Sequence record: MK568540.2
Length of the DNA: 64,000 nt
Strand: one strand, 5' to 3'
Part shown: positions 28,222 to 37,961 of the stretch, one piece after another
How positions within the stretch are numbered: position 1 is the stretch's first letter
Layout of the letters: the number at the start of each line of letters is the position of its first letter
The notes under the pieces: generated by a model
The model's database searches: none
The model's input: the letters and a program-made list of their open reading frames with translations, nothing else
Told to the model about the DNA's origin: nothing
Translations under genes and position numbers: made by a program

Positions 28222-28255
28222 TTAACAGTGTACATGAGTTCATGCACACTGTCAA
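28222..28255 (-). promoter_or_regulatory. rnlA promoter TTGACA-N17-TACACT lying within a 15-bp inverted repeat
   Basis: TTAACAGTGTACATG-AGTT-CATGCACACTGTCAA (13/15 matched). Confidence 0.75.
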
Positions 28256-28259
28256 CAAC

Positions 28260-28562
28260 TTATTTCAAGATTTCTGTGATGATTTCTTTAACCTTTGATA
28301 GGTTAAGTTCGACTCGGGGCGGAATGACGATGCCATGAATCGACGGCTCTTCGTTTTTAAACGTCAACGATAATACATTATTATCATGATCAACATACCA
28401 AGATGAAATATCGAGTTGAATGTCACGCTCGTATTTGACGTATCTTATTTCATCAATACCAAGTTCACGGGCAAAATCAGTGCGCATTTCTGCGCTACTG
28501 ATTTCAATTTTATCTACATTAGCCAAAGAAGCTCTCCAATGTGATGGTTTTCTTGTAGTCAA
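28260..28562 (-). CDS. hypothetical protein
   Basis: ORF overlapping the gp43 3' end. Confidence 0.55.
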   Translation of the reverse strand: MTTRKPSHWRASLANVDKIEISSAEMRTDFARELGIDEIRYVKYERDIQLDISSWYVDHDNNVLSLTFKNEEPSIHGIVIPPRVELNLSKVKEIITEILK

Positions 28563-31071
28563 ACTTGATTGCTTCAGAAATCGCAGTCAATGGTTTGATG
28601 AACTTATCTTCGTACAAACGATTGTAATCTACGTGGTCAATCAAGTATGAGATTGATTCAGGTAGTTTACCACCAGATGGGTAAGCAATACGGTCAATGC
28701 CGTGTTTGTTTCGAGTCAAGAACACAACAGCGATTTTATCACCTTCGTTGATCTTGTCGAACCCATGTTGTGCAGCTAGTTTGTTGTAGTACAACGCACC
28801 TTTTACATGACCTGGACAACCTTTACCTGGGTTACCTTGCTCGTCAGAGTATTTGTTCATGTTGTTCGCGCTAGACACAAACGACACTTCTTGATACGGA
28901 GCTACTTTGAACTCTTTCTCATACTCTTTAACGAATTCTTGAAGCTTCTCTTCGCCTTCTTGCAGAATCAAACGAATTGCTTCTTTAAGACCTTTTTGGC
29001 AAAGTGGTGGTGTTGAACTACGTTGAGTTTCAATACCCATGATTTTCAGCTTCGGTTTACGAATGCCTTCGTTATCTTGTACGTCAAGCGCGTAACGCTT
29101 TTTCGCGATAAAGAAGCCAGTACGTGCTAGAACTTCTCGGTCCATGAACATTTGACGCTCATACGTGTTCATGTACTTGTGCAGTGCTTCGTATGACGGG
29201 TTGATAACTTTCGTTTCAACTGTCTCACAGACTTTAGAGAATTTATCTGTGTATTCATCACCTTCAAGTTTGTTAACGCCAGTAAGTTCAAGAAGCGGAT
29301 CAAAGTTAACGTATATTGAGTCGGTATCACCGTAAATCACGTAGTCTTTGTCAGTTGTCTTACAAACTTTGTTCAACCAGATGTTAACGTCACGCGCTAC
29401 CCATTTGATTGCAAGCTGACCGTATGCTGTTACAGCTTCTGCATTACGTAGATCGTAGAAGCGGAAGTATTCGTTACCTAACGCACCATAGAGTGAGTTG
29501 ATCAAGATCTTACGAGCCATTTGCTGTACGTCGTAGATCTTCGCTTCATGTTTCGCGTGCTCGTATGCTTCACGAAGTTCAGGTGTTTCACCTTCTTCGT
29601 CCATCTTTTTCTTGATGTCGATTGCTTGCTGTTCGTATTCGAACGCTTTCTTCTTATTAGCTTTACGCTGGAAGAAGACTTTCTCAATCTCAATCGGGAT
29701 TACACCACGCACGTCTTTGCGATATTGCATACCGTTCGCGCTGTTTGAAATGTCATCAGCAGGGAACGTAATAGCCATGTCAACAATCTTGTCGATACGA
29801 TCTTCAAGTGTACCTTCATAGTCAAGCTGACCAACGATTGTTTCTGGTGAAATGTTACACTCACGAATAATCGACGGGTACAGTGATGTTAAGTCGAAAG
29901 AGCCAATGCCGCGATGATAACCCACTTGAGGTGCCTTTACAAACGCGCCCATGAATCGACCACCTTCGTGCGATGTCATCATTGGTACTACTTTCTTCTC
30001 AGCTTTCAAACTGTTGAAGATGATTGCATCCCACGGTTTAATCGTACCAAGTACTGTCTGATAGTTGATACCCGCATAGTACGCTAGAGAAACAGTCAAA
30101 AGCATCAACTGAAGTTTCTCATCAAGTCGTTTAACCAAGTTAACGTCTTGAATCTGATAGTCAATGAAGTTCTGATAATCTTGCTCATAGAACTCTAAGT
30201 AGTTCGCTTGTGTAAACTCAACTTTTTTCTCATCAAGTTCAACTTCACCGATGTAATCAAGACGATAAGATGGTCGAGTCACGTAAGTGAATTTCTTGTA
30301 AAGCTGAAGATAATCGAGTTCAGATACGCCGACGATATTCACTTTACAGATTTCTTGACCGTAATCGTTAGTCATCGTCGAAATGTGAACTTTACCCCAC
30401 GGTGACAAGCTATTCATCACCTTCTCACCAAACAGATTTTTGTATCGATTGACAATGTATGGCATATCGAACGATTCAATGTTCCAACCTGTTACGATTG
30501 CTGGGGTCTTTTCGCGCCAGAATTGCAGATACTTAACAAGTAACTCTTTTTCAGTTGCACAGCGAATATACACTGTTTTTTCTAGAAGTTCTGGCTTAAC
30601 GATGCTGCTTTCACGCGACCATTCTTCATTTGATGGAATACCGTAAACGTAGAATTTATCGTCGATGTTGTCATAGTGACCGATTGAAGTAATAGGCACT
30701 GGAGCGTGCGCTGCTTCAGGGAACTCAACAGACGGGGTTTCGATATCGATATTTGCAATTCGAATACGATTGATGTCGAAGTTACGTTCTTTGTAAGTAT
30801 CAGAGATATAAGTTACAACGAAGTCGTCCATACCGAGTACTTCATGATGCTGCTTAGTGTCTTTGATGTACTTACTAGCTTCGCCCATTGTGTCAAACAT
30901 CTTTGGGCGACAGTTGCGACCGTAGATGTCGTTGTAACCAGTTTCTTCGTTACAGTGAATGAACAGAGTCGGTTCATATTTGACTTTGCGCATATGCTCA
31001 AACCCGTCATCATCTAAATAACGTTCACAAAGATTAGAGCCGATTCGTTCAATTGATGTGTAGATTGCCAT
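28519..31071 (-). CDS. 43: Family B DNA polymerase
   Basis: Exo [17 protein letters not shown]; Pol [31 protein letters not shown]. Confidence 0.98.
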   Translation of the reverse strand: MAIYTSIERIGSNLCERYLDDDGFEHMRKVKYEPTLFIHCNEETGYNDIYGRNCRPKMFDTMGEASKYIKDTKQHHEVLGMDDFVVTYISDTYKERNFDINRIRIANIDIETPSVEFPEAAHAPVPITSIGHYDNIDDKFYVYGIPSNEEWSRESSIVKPELLEKTVYIRCATEKELLVKYLQFWREKTPAIVTGWNIESFDMPYIVNRYKNLFGEKVMNSLSPWGKVHISTMTNDYGQEICKVNIVGVSELDYLQLYKKFTYVTRPSYRLDYIGEVELDEKKVEFTQANYLEFYEQDYQNFIDYQIQDVNLVKRLDEKLQLMLLTVSLAYYAGINYQTVLGTIKPWDAIIFNSLKAEKKVVPMMTSHEGGRFMGAFVKAPQVGYHRGIGSFDLTSLYPSIIRECNISPETIVGQLDYEGTLEDRIDKIVDMAITFPADDISNSANGMQYRKDVRGVIPIEIEKVFFQRKANKKKAFEYEQQAIDIKKKMDEEGETPELREAYEHAKHEAKIYDVQQMARKILINSLYGALGNEYFRFYDLRNAEAVTAYGQLAIKWVARDVNIWLNKVCKTTDKDYVIYGDTDSIYVNFDPLLELTGVNKLEGDEYTDKFSKVCETVETKVINPSYEALHKYMNTYERQMFMDREVLARTGFFIAKKRYALDVQDNEGIRKPKLKIMGIETQRSSTPPLCQKGLKEAIRLILQEGEEKLQEFVKEYEKEFKVAPYQEVSFVSSANNMNKYSDEQGNPGKGCPGHVKGALYYNKLAAQHGFDKINEGDKIAVVFLTRNKHGIDRIAYPSGGKLPESISYLIDHVDYNRLYEDKFIKPLTAISEAIKFDYKKTITLESFFG

Positions 31072-31132
31072 GATATTCCTTCACAAGTTGTTACGTGTTG
31101 CTATGCTATCAGAGAAAAATGAAGTTCTAAAC
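31069..31132 (-). promoter_or_regulatory. gp43 control region: class B promoter GTTTAG-N18-TAGCAT (31103-31132) and candidate autogenous translational operator hairpin (31082-31097)
   Basis: CACG-UAACAACU-UGUG followed by AAGGAAUAUCAUG resembles the T4 gene 43 operator. Confidence 0.6.
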
Positions 31133-31650
31133 TACCATTTCCCTAAAAAGTGTTGTTCTTCGATAAGCCAAGCCTTGAACTCGCCTTTCGGGTTCTTATA
31201 TTCGCGAAACGCATCGATTTTCATATCAATCGGGTTGTCTTTTGAAAAATAAGCCGAGCGTGTTTCTTCGTCGCCAAACACATAGAATATACCATCGAAT
31301 CCCATGTGGCGAACTGCGTCGCGATACTCTTTAACTTTGTATGAGTCGATTACGCCATATAGTTTACCATCTGAGTGGCGATAAAAGCGTTTCTTGCACT
31401 TGATTTCAACACAGAATTGCTTGCCTTTTGTGAAAACAAACACGTCTGGTAGCATGAAGCTTGCGGATGTGTCTTGACAGAACATTAAACGCTGACCACG
31501 ATTATGTTTCTGATCTGTTTTTGATGTAGCTGTATTGATTAGCATTGCTAGCGGGTCTGCATGACAGAACACACGTGCTATCTTAGGCTCAACGGCAGCT
31601 TCGAATTCGCCACCGAATTGTAGTAGTTCTTGAAAACGTTCATCGTTCAT
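31132..31650 (-). CDS. PD-(D/E)XK-superfamily nuclease-like protein
   Basis: GGEFEAAV...LPDVFV...CVEIKCK. Confidence 0.65.
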   Translation of the reverse strand: MNDERFQELLQFGGEFEAAVEPKIARVFCHADPLAMLINTATSKTDQKHNRGQRLMFCQDTSASFMLPDVFVFTKGKQFCVEIKCKKRFYRHSDGKLYGVIDSYKVKEYRDAVRHMGFDGIFYVFGDEETRSAYFSKDNPIDMKIDAFREYKNPKGEFKAWLIEEQHFLGKW

Positions 31651-31709
31651 ATTGTATTCCTCAAAATTAAGAGGCTTGCACCTCTTAATTTTATTAGCAA
31701 GTTGAATAC

Positions 31710-32147
31710 CTACTTAACGTATCCCCACTCAAGGAAATATCCCTCGGTGAAGAGTTGTTTAGCAAGTACAACTTGACTGATCACATGATAACGCTCATCG
31801 TCGTTTGAAATTTCACTTGAATAGTCGCGAGACTCTTGATGCGATTTTGCATAATTCTCGACAATCGTAACCCAATCGCCTGAGTTGATTACGCTGACGT
31901 GCTCGGGACATGCGCGATAGATTTTAACTTTCGCATTCGGGTTTCCGTGACAGCGTTTGATGATTTGATACGCCTCGCGCTCATCGCGATCATTGTGATT
32001 GCCGTACCATCGTAGACCGTTCGCTTCGTATACATCTTCAGGGAATGTTCCCGTCAATGAGATATCGTACAGCGGGCTGTCATCAGGAGGTGACGGCGCT
32101 CGGTGTTGCATGTGATATTCGCTCAAAAATTCAGTGTAAGTTTTCAT
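31710..32147 (-). CDS. Predicted internal head protein with ADP-ribosyltransferase-like domain
   Basis: Leader MKTYTEFLSE (T4 IPII/III leader is MKTYQEFIAE); KIYRA...INSGDWVT...YAKSH...EWGY. Confidence 0.6.
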   Translation of the reverse strand: MKTYTEFLSEYHMQHRAPSPPDDSPLYDISLTGTFPEDVYEANGLRWYGNHNDRDEREAYQIIKRCHGNPNAKVKIYRACPEHVSVINSGDWVTIVENYAKSHQESRDYSSEISNDDERYHVISQVVLAKQLFTEGYFLEWGYVK

Positions 32148-32527
32148 TATGCACCTATCTTATACTTGTATCGTAGATTCCAGTTTTTAGAATCGCGGAA
32201 CGAGATCACGCGAAACTTATTATCGCCAGTAAATTCGTGCGACTCAGGGTGCGCGATTTTACATAGATTCCAGTCTTCAAGTAACTTGGCAATGTTATTA
32301 CGACGTTCAATATCTTCGTCAGTAATTTCTACACATCGACCGTCAAGTGCTAGAAGCTCTTTAAAGTGAACTAGAAAATACACGCCACGTTTCTGAAGAA
32401 TATGGCACGATTGATATAGAGTATTTGTTTTGTTGTTCGCGATGCCGATTCGCGTTAATGTCTCGCGAATCTTTAGAAATGCATCGTCGTCTGGTAATTG
32501 AATTTCAAGTTTGTTAATAATGTCCAT
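32147..32527 (-). CDS. regA: Translational repressor RegA
   Basis: DDAFLKIRETLTRIGIAN...LYQSCHILQKRG...HFKELL. Confidence 0.97.
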   Translation of the reverse strand: MDIINKLEIQLPDDDAFLKIRETLTRIGIANNKTNTLYQSCHILQKRGVYFLVHFKELLALDGRCVEITDEDIERRNNIAKLLEDWNLCKIAHPESHEFTGDNKFRVISFRDSKNWNLRYKYKIGA

Positions 32528-32561
32528 GATTAATCTCAACAGCATAATAAAAATATATTTA

Positions 32562-33056
32562 TTAGCGTGTTAAGCCCCCCGTTCGTGAGTCGTACCATTC
32601 TTGTAATTGATTCAACTCTTCGGGCGTTAGACGATTTGAAATACTAATTGCATGTGATTTATTGACGTTGTATACATCAACAATTAGATCAACATAGTCA
32701 TATTTCGGTTCTTTTGCCCATGAATTGAATCGCTTACCTTTACGAACTGCATGATACAAATAATCATATTGCATTTCATTCGGTAACTTACTACCAACCG
32801 AATCCATGATATACGCATGAAGAACTGTATCGATGCCGTTGCTCAATGCGCGATTCACCATAAATGGTAGATATTGCTCATCAACAACCGCATCTGGTAA
32901 ACGTTTCTTCATGTAGATACTGTCAACGAAATCAAACGGTGAATATTTCTCTGCTTTCTTCGCTTTCTTCAGCTCTTCTTCGTATTCTTTTTCTTCTTCA
33001 GCGATTCTCGCTTCAGTTTCTTCGCCTTTCGCTAGGAATTCAAAGATGTCCATCAA
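32562..33056 (-). CDS. 62: Clamp loader small subunit
   Basis: YLPFMVNRALS...MQYDYLYHAVRKGKRFNSWAK; position in the 45-44-62-regA block. Confidence 0.92.
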   Translation of the reverse strand: MMDIFEFLAKGEETEARIAEEEKEYEEELKKAKKAEKYSPFDFVDSIYMKKRLPDAVVDEQYLPFMVNRALSNGIDTVLHAYIMDSVGSKLPNEMQYDYLYHAVRKGKRFNSWAKEPKYDYVDLIVDVYNVNKSHAISISNRLTPEELNQLQEWYDSRTGGLTR

Positions 33057-33062
33057 ACCCCC

Positions 33063-34013
33063 TTATACGAAAGTACACTCAAGCATGATTTGAACAAGCG
33101 TGTACGCTAGTAGAATTTCAGTATCGACACAAGTTGTAGCGTTGTTGTTTGCTTCGCCTACAATTTGAATGAATGTCGGGATGCTATTACCGTCTAAGTC
33201 AGTATATGCCGCTTTGTAAAGATTATGTAGAAACGACGCAAGATCTCCAGAGTATTTCGGAATTAGACCGCGAATCGTTTTGAAGTCTTTCGATTTCAAA
33301 GCCGCAATCATTTCAGAAATATCATCGTTTGCCGTGATCTCTGAAAGAATACCTTCGTCGATAACACCTTTACGAGAATAATTCTGCAACGCAACAACAG
33401 TTTTACGATTGTCTGGGTAATTGCGTTTTACAAGCTCTTTCAACACCGCTGCATTAGTCACAGAAATGCCTTCTTGCTTACAAATACTCATCGAACGCAG
33501 AATCATTTGCTTGATACACGATAGTCGCTCGTCTTTGTCGTATACAAACTCGAATGTCTGTAGACGTGAACGAATCGGTGTTAAGATTTTCTGAGAATAG
33601 TTACATGTCAGAATAAAGCGAACGTTTTTGCTGTATTGCTCAATCAAACCACGTAGTGCTTTCTGAGCATCTGGTGTTAAGTTGTCTGCCTCATCAAGAA
33701 TGATTGCTTTTGGCTTACCAGAGAATGATACAGTCGAACAGAATGCAGGTAAATCGTTCTGTACAAGCTTGATGCCGCGACTAGATGATGCGTTAATGAA
33801 AAGCACTTCATAACCCATATCTGCAAGCACAGCACGCGCAACAGTCGTTTTACCAGTACCAGGTGAAGAACTTGCTAACAGCATATTTGGGATTTCACCC
33901 GAATCAATCATCGCTTGAAAGTGTTCACGCACGCGCTCGGGTAATACACAGTCGTTGATTGTTTGTGGACGGTAGCGTTGTTCCCATAGAAGTTCTTTCG
34001 GATCAAAATTCAT
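33063..34013 (-). CDS. 44: Clamp loader AAA+ subunit
   Basis: LWEQRYRP, SPGTGKTT, ILDEAD, SRL. Confidence 0.97.
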   Translation of the reverse strand: MNFDPKELLWEQRYRPQTINDCVLPERVREHFQAMIDSGEIPNMLLASSSPGTGKTTVARAVLADMGYEVLFINASSSRGIKLVQNDLPAFCSTVSFSGKPKAIILDEADNLTPDAQKALRGLIEQYSKNVRFILTCNYSQKILTPIRSRLQTFEFVYDKDERLSCIKQMILRSMSICKQEGISVTNAAVLKELVKRNYPDNRKTVVALQNYSRKGVIDEGILSEITANDDISEMIAALKSKDFKTIRGLIPKYSGDLASFLHNLYKAAYTDLDGNSIPTFIQIVGEANNNATTCVDTEILLAYTLVQIMLECTFV

Positions 34014-34040
34014 TTAGTCGTTTCCCATAATAAAATTTTC

Positions 34041-34062
34041 AAAAAAGGGGCTTTGCAGCCCC
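34041..34062 (-). terminator. Terminator between genes 45 and 44
   Basis: GGGGCT-GCAA-AGCCCC followed by TTTTTT. Confidence 0.8.
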
Positions 34063-34079
34063 GATAACTTACAAATAAC

Positions 34080-34745
34080 TTAAAGTGCTTCGGTTGCAAT
34101 GAAGTACTCAAGGGATAGACCCAAGAAGCGAGAAATACCCGCTGGGTGAATCGAAACTTTGTAGTCTTGATCAACGATGTTCAAACGCTCTGCTTTGAAG
34201 AAGAACTTGAATTCAACGTCTGATTCAACTTCACCAACGTTGATTTCAAACGTGTGTTTGCTTGAACCTTGTGCATCAGTAGCTGATAGCGTGATTGCAG
34301 TGCTACCCGCTTCAGTTCGAACACAAATGTCAGAAAGACCTAGTGTCGCAGACGCTTTTTTAACGCGCTGTAGATCTTCACCTTTGAGATCAAACTCAGC
34401 ACCGCCGTCTAGTTCAGTAGGGAAGTTTACTTTTTCAGGTGCTTCAGTTACAAACTCAGCGTTTGCATATTGGAACGTAAGCTTCGTACCACCATCACCA
34501 GTAACGACAACGTATTTTTCTTGGAAATCAAGTTCAGCATTGTCAAGCAAGTTCAACGCGCTTAGAAACTCACCCAGATCGTACACTGCAAACTCTACAG
34601 GGAACGAATCTTCGATGTCAGCGTAAGCGATTTGCTTGTTCAAGTTGTCTTGAGTACGTAGTCGAGAACCTTGATGGATAACCATGCCGTTGTTGATGCC
34701 TGCAAAGTTTTTCAGTACTTCGATTGTAGATTTAGATAGTTTCAT
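34080..34745 (-). CDS. 45: Sliding clamp
   Basis: MKLSKSTIEVLKNFAGINNG...FAVYDLGEFLS. Confidence 0.95.
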   Translation of the reverse strand: MKLSKSTIEVLKNFAGINNGMVIHQGSRLRTQDNLNKQIAYADIEDSFPVEFAVYDLGEFLSALNLLDNAELDFQEKYVVVTGDGGTKLTFQYANAEFVTEAPEKVNFPTELDGGAEFDLKGEDLQRVKKASATLGLSDICVRTEAGSTAITLSATDAQGSSKHTFEINVGEVESDVEFKFFFKAERLNIVDQDYKVSIHPAGISRFLGLSLEYFIATEAL

Positions 34746-34779
34746 TCTTTTACCTTCAAGATTATGATATTTTATTCAA

Positions 34780-35510
34780 TTAAAGTTTAAAGCCACGTTC
34801 AGTATATTCAAAGTTATACTCGTAAGCAGTAAAGTAGTCGTCTAGACCAGATGTGATTTTCAACCAACGCTCTTTACCGAACGCTTCTAGTAGTTGAGCC
34901 TCAGGGATGATTTTTTCTTCGCCAGTGAATGCATCAATGATAACCCAATGTTTTATCTCTGGCATAGATTGATAATTGTCTAAGTTCATTTGCATTTCCT
35001 CAATAGCTGCGCTTATATTAGCACGGCTATTTACCGGTCTAAACACTATTGAATGAAGAAAAACGCAGTTTTCTTGTTAAACTCACGATGCAAAATATGC
35101 ATCAATTCATCTACTTTCGTAGATACACCGCGAATGCGTTGTTCAGCAAACGAATATGTGTCAAACAAGATGATGTCTGGCATATTTGCATTGCCACGAC
35201 CTACGAATGCGTTGTGATAAACCCCATCACGAACGATCTTGTCATAAGTCGTTGCCATGTCATGATTACAACCACGGCGATTCATCGAACGATTTAATTC
35301 GTTGTAATAGACTTCAAGCACATTGAAACCTTCGCGTCGTAGACGCTCTGCGGCTTTTACCATCGAAGTTGTATGACCAGTCGCACGACCGAGCATAAAG
35401 CGCCCGATCTTCGTTTCTGGACATTCTGTGTGTGTGTCGTTAAGTAAAAGATACTTACACATCGTGTAAATATCTTCACTGTAATCGACCGTCATCGGTA
35501 CGAGTTTCAT
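34780..35510 (-). other. Two hypothetical CDSs (34780-35046; 35046-35510 with a degenerate Walker-A-like GRATGHTT)
   Basis: ORF track; located at the T4 rpbA/45.2 position but not recognised as those proteins. Confidence 0.6.
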
Positions 35511-37744
35511 TTGACCTCTCTTGTGAAATTACCTTTCTTGGCAAATTTAATATGCTTATCGAACATGCTTTGTTCATGCTTCTCACTGTGTGAGATAATA
35601 AACACGTTATCTTGAATACTGCTCAAGATTTGGTTGATAGAATCAACACCATCAGTATCAGCAGCCGAATCAAATACTTCATCGAGTACTAATAGGTTGG
35701 TCATTGAGCCTGTACGAGCACTTACTAAGTCACGAAACGCGAATAGCAATGCCAAGTCAATACGACAACGTTCGCCTTGAGAGAATGACGTGTAACTAAA
35801 GTCGTCACGACCACGAGATTTAATCGTCTCGTTGAATTCTTCATCAAGAACAAAGTTGTAGTTTGCATTCATGGTCTTCAAGTAGTCATTGATATACTTG
35901 TTGATCATCGGAATGTACTGGCGAACGATCATCGACTTCACGCCGTCATCTTTCAATAATGTACCAACGATGGTACGACAGTGCTTAGTCTGCAAATCAT
36001 TTTGCAAGCCTGCCTTCACTTCACGAACTTCAGCAGTCAGTTTCTTGATCAGCGCCGAGCGGTCTTCCGTTGCAGCTTTCGCTTTTACGTCTTCAATGTC
36101 TGCATTGATAGTCGCAATCTTGGACGTCAAGTTCTGCTCGTTAGTTATTGCTTTCGCTAATTCAGCTTTGTCTTTAGCGATGTTATTCGCTAATTCTTCG
36201 CGTTCACTCGCACCCTTATCGGTCAATGACGCTTTGATGTCAGCAAACTGCGCAACTGATTCTGCACGAGCTTTAGATTGTTCTTCACGTAACAACGTCA
36301 GTGTATCGTTGAAAATACTGGTTTTCTTCGACATTTCTTCACGCTGCGCTTCGATTACTTCAGCACGCTTCTCTGATTGCTTTTTAACAAGCACAGAACG
36401 CTCTGTACGCTGTTTCTCATCTAAAGCTGAACGTTCACTCGCACGAGTGCTAATATACTCACTACGAGCTTTAGACTGCGCTTGAGCAGCACGAATTCTT
36501 TCAGCAAGTGCTTTGCTTTCTTCAGTAAGAGTTGCGATCTGCGAATCAGCCATATCAATGACACTTTGCGCGAAATCAGACGAAATTGTTTGCTTACACG
36601 TCGAACATTCACAGTCACCGTTCTTCTCGAAGAATTCTTTATTCTCTTTGAGCTTCGCGATTTCTTTCTTGTTGCTCAACACCGTCGAAGTATCAGCAGC
36701 AATAGCATCAGCATCGGGTGCTTCTGGTGTGTTTTTCTCGGTCTCTTTATCGAAATCAATCAATTCTTGTGAGTGTTCTTTGTCGAGGTCGAGAACTTCT
36801 TGTTCATTCAGCTCGTCGATTACGTTCTGTTCGCTTGTTTGCTTAGCCTTGAGTTCATCAAGTTCTTCTTTCTGTTTAGATTCGATCTCGTTGATATTGG
36901 CACGATGCTCAGAATCTAACGCAGCAAGTTCAGTTTCGTGCTCTTCTTCTGCCGCTGACAGTTCAAAGTCAAGCTTCTGTTTCAGATCACGTAGAATCTT
37001 GCTATCGCCGCTGATTTGATTTTCAAGCTCTGCGATTGCAATACCAATAGGTACAAGCTCTGCTTCAGCTTCTTTCTTACGCGCTTCAAGTTGAGCAAGA
37101 TCACCATCACGGTTATCTTGCTGTTCTTTCTGAAACTGAATGTGTAGTTTAAGCTCACCCATTCGACGTTCGATTTCAGCTTCGGTATCTTTGATCTTCT
37201 CATTGAGTTGTTTCAGCGCAACTTTGTTCAACGCTGCCATATCACTGAAGATACCGATATCAAGCAAGTCTTCTACAATCTCACGACGTTTACCAGCAGG
37301 TAAAAGCATAAATGGTGTATAACCCGCTGTGCCTAGCACCGCAATCTGTTTAAACGTGCTTAGACTCATTTTCAAGATGTTCTTTTCGAGCATGTCTTGA
37401 TAATCAGCAACAGCAGCTTCTTGCGGGATTAGTTCATCGTCTTTGTAGATTTCGAACTTGTTTGGTTTAATACCGCGAATGATTTTATAAACATGCTTAT
37501 TGTCTTGAAATGTAATTTCAACCAATAGCTTTTTCTTATTCACGGCGTTGACTATCTGAGTCTTTTTGATATTACGGAATGGTTTACCGTACAACGCGAA
37601 ACAAACTGCTTCGATAAACGTCGATTTACCAGCACCGTTTGTACCAGTAATCAATGTCTTATTAAACTCAGATAAATCTACTGTAATAGGCGTGTTGCCT
37701 ACTGACATGATATTACTATATGTTACGTCTTTAAACTTAATCAT
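35507..37744 (-). CDS. 46: Recombination endonuclease ATPase subunit (Rad50/SbcC-like) with long coiled coil
   Basis: GTNGAGKST, Q-loop FKQIAVL, Zn hook CSTC, FSQGE signature, LVLDE, ISH. Confidence 0.96.
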   Translation of the reverse strand: MIKFKDVTYSNIMSVGNTPITVDLSEFNKTLITGTNGAGKSTFIEAVCFALYGKPFRNIKKTQIVNAVNKKKLLVEITFQDNKHVYKIIRGIKPNKFEIYKDDELIPQEAAVADYQDMLEKNILKMSLSTFKQIAVLGTAGYTPFMLLPAGKRREIVEDLLDIGIFSDMAALNKVALKQLNEKIKDTEAEIERRMGELKLHIQFQKEQQDNRDGDLAQLEARKKEAEAELVPIGIAIAELENQISGDSKILRDLKQKLDFELSAAEEEHETELAALDSEHRANINEIESKQKEELDELKAKQTSEQNVIDELNEQEVLDLDKEHSQELIDFDKETEKNTPEAPDADAIAADTSTVLSNKKEIAKLKENKEFFEKNGDCECSTCKQTISSDFAQSVIDMADSQIATLTEESKALAERIRAAQAQSKARSEYISTRASERSALDEKQRTERSVLVKKQSEKRAEVIEAQREEMSKKTSIFNDTLTLLREEQSKARAESVAQFADIKASLTDKGASEREELANNIAKDKAELAKAITNEQNLTSKIATINADIEDVKAKAATEDRSALIKKLTAEVREVKAGLQNDLQTKHCRTIVGTLLKDDGVKSMIVRQYIPMINKYINDYLKTMNANYNFVLDEEFNETIKSRGRDDFSYTSFSQGERCRIDLALLFAFRDLVSARTGSMTNLLVLDEVFDSAADTDGVDSINQILSSIQDNVFIISHSEKHEQSMFDKHIKFAKKGNFTREVK

Positions 37745-37961
37745 TGGCTATTTCATCCCATCGGTCAACTGCTTCTTCTTTAGTAGAACCATAGACGACT
37801 AGACTATGCTCAACGAAAGGAGGAGTGCGCTGATCATCATCGTCGTTGTCACATTCAACAATCCACGCTGTGAAACTACACCCATTTGCCATTACTGGCG
37901 CCTTATGAATAAACGGAAGTTTGCCGCAGATTTTACAAGGACTTACTAGTTCACGTTCCAT
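37737..37961 (-). CDS. Lar-like (restriction alleviation) Zn-finger protein
   Basis: SPCKICG...WIVEC...STKEEAVDRWD pattern. Confidence 0.5.
   Translation of the reverse strand: MERELVSPCKICGKLPFIHKAPVMANGCSFTAWIVECDNDDDDQRTPPFVEHSLVVYGSTKEEAVDRWDEIAND

Noticed and set aside
34780-35046. rpbA call based on position upstream of gene 45
   Set aside because: No recognisable similarity to T4 RpbA, so left as hypothetical
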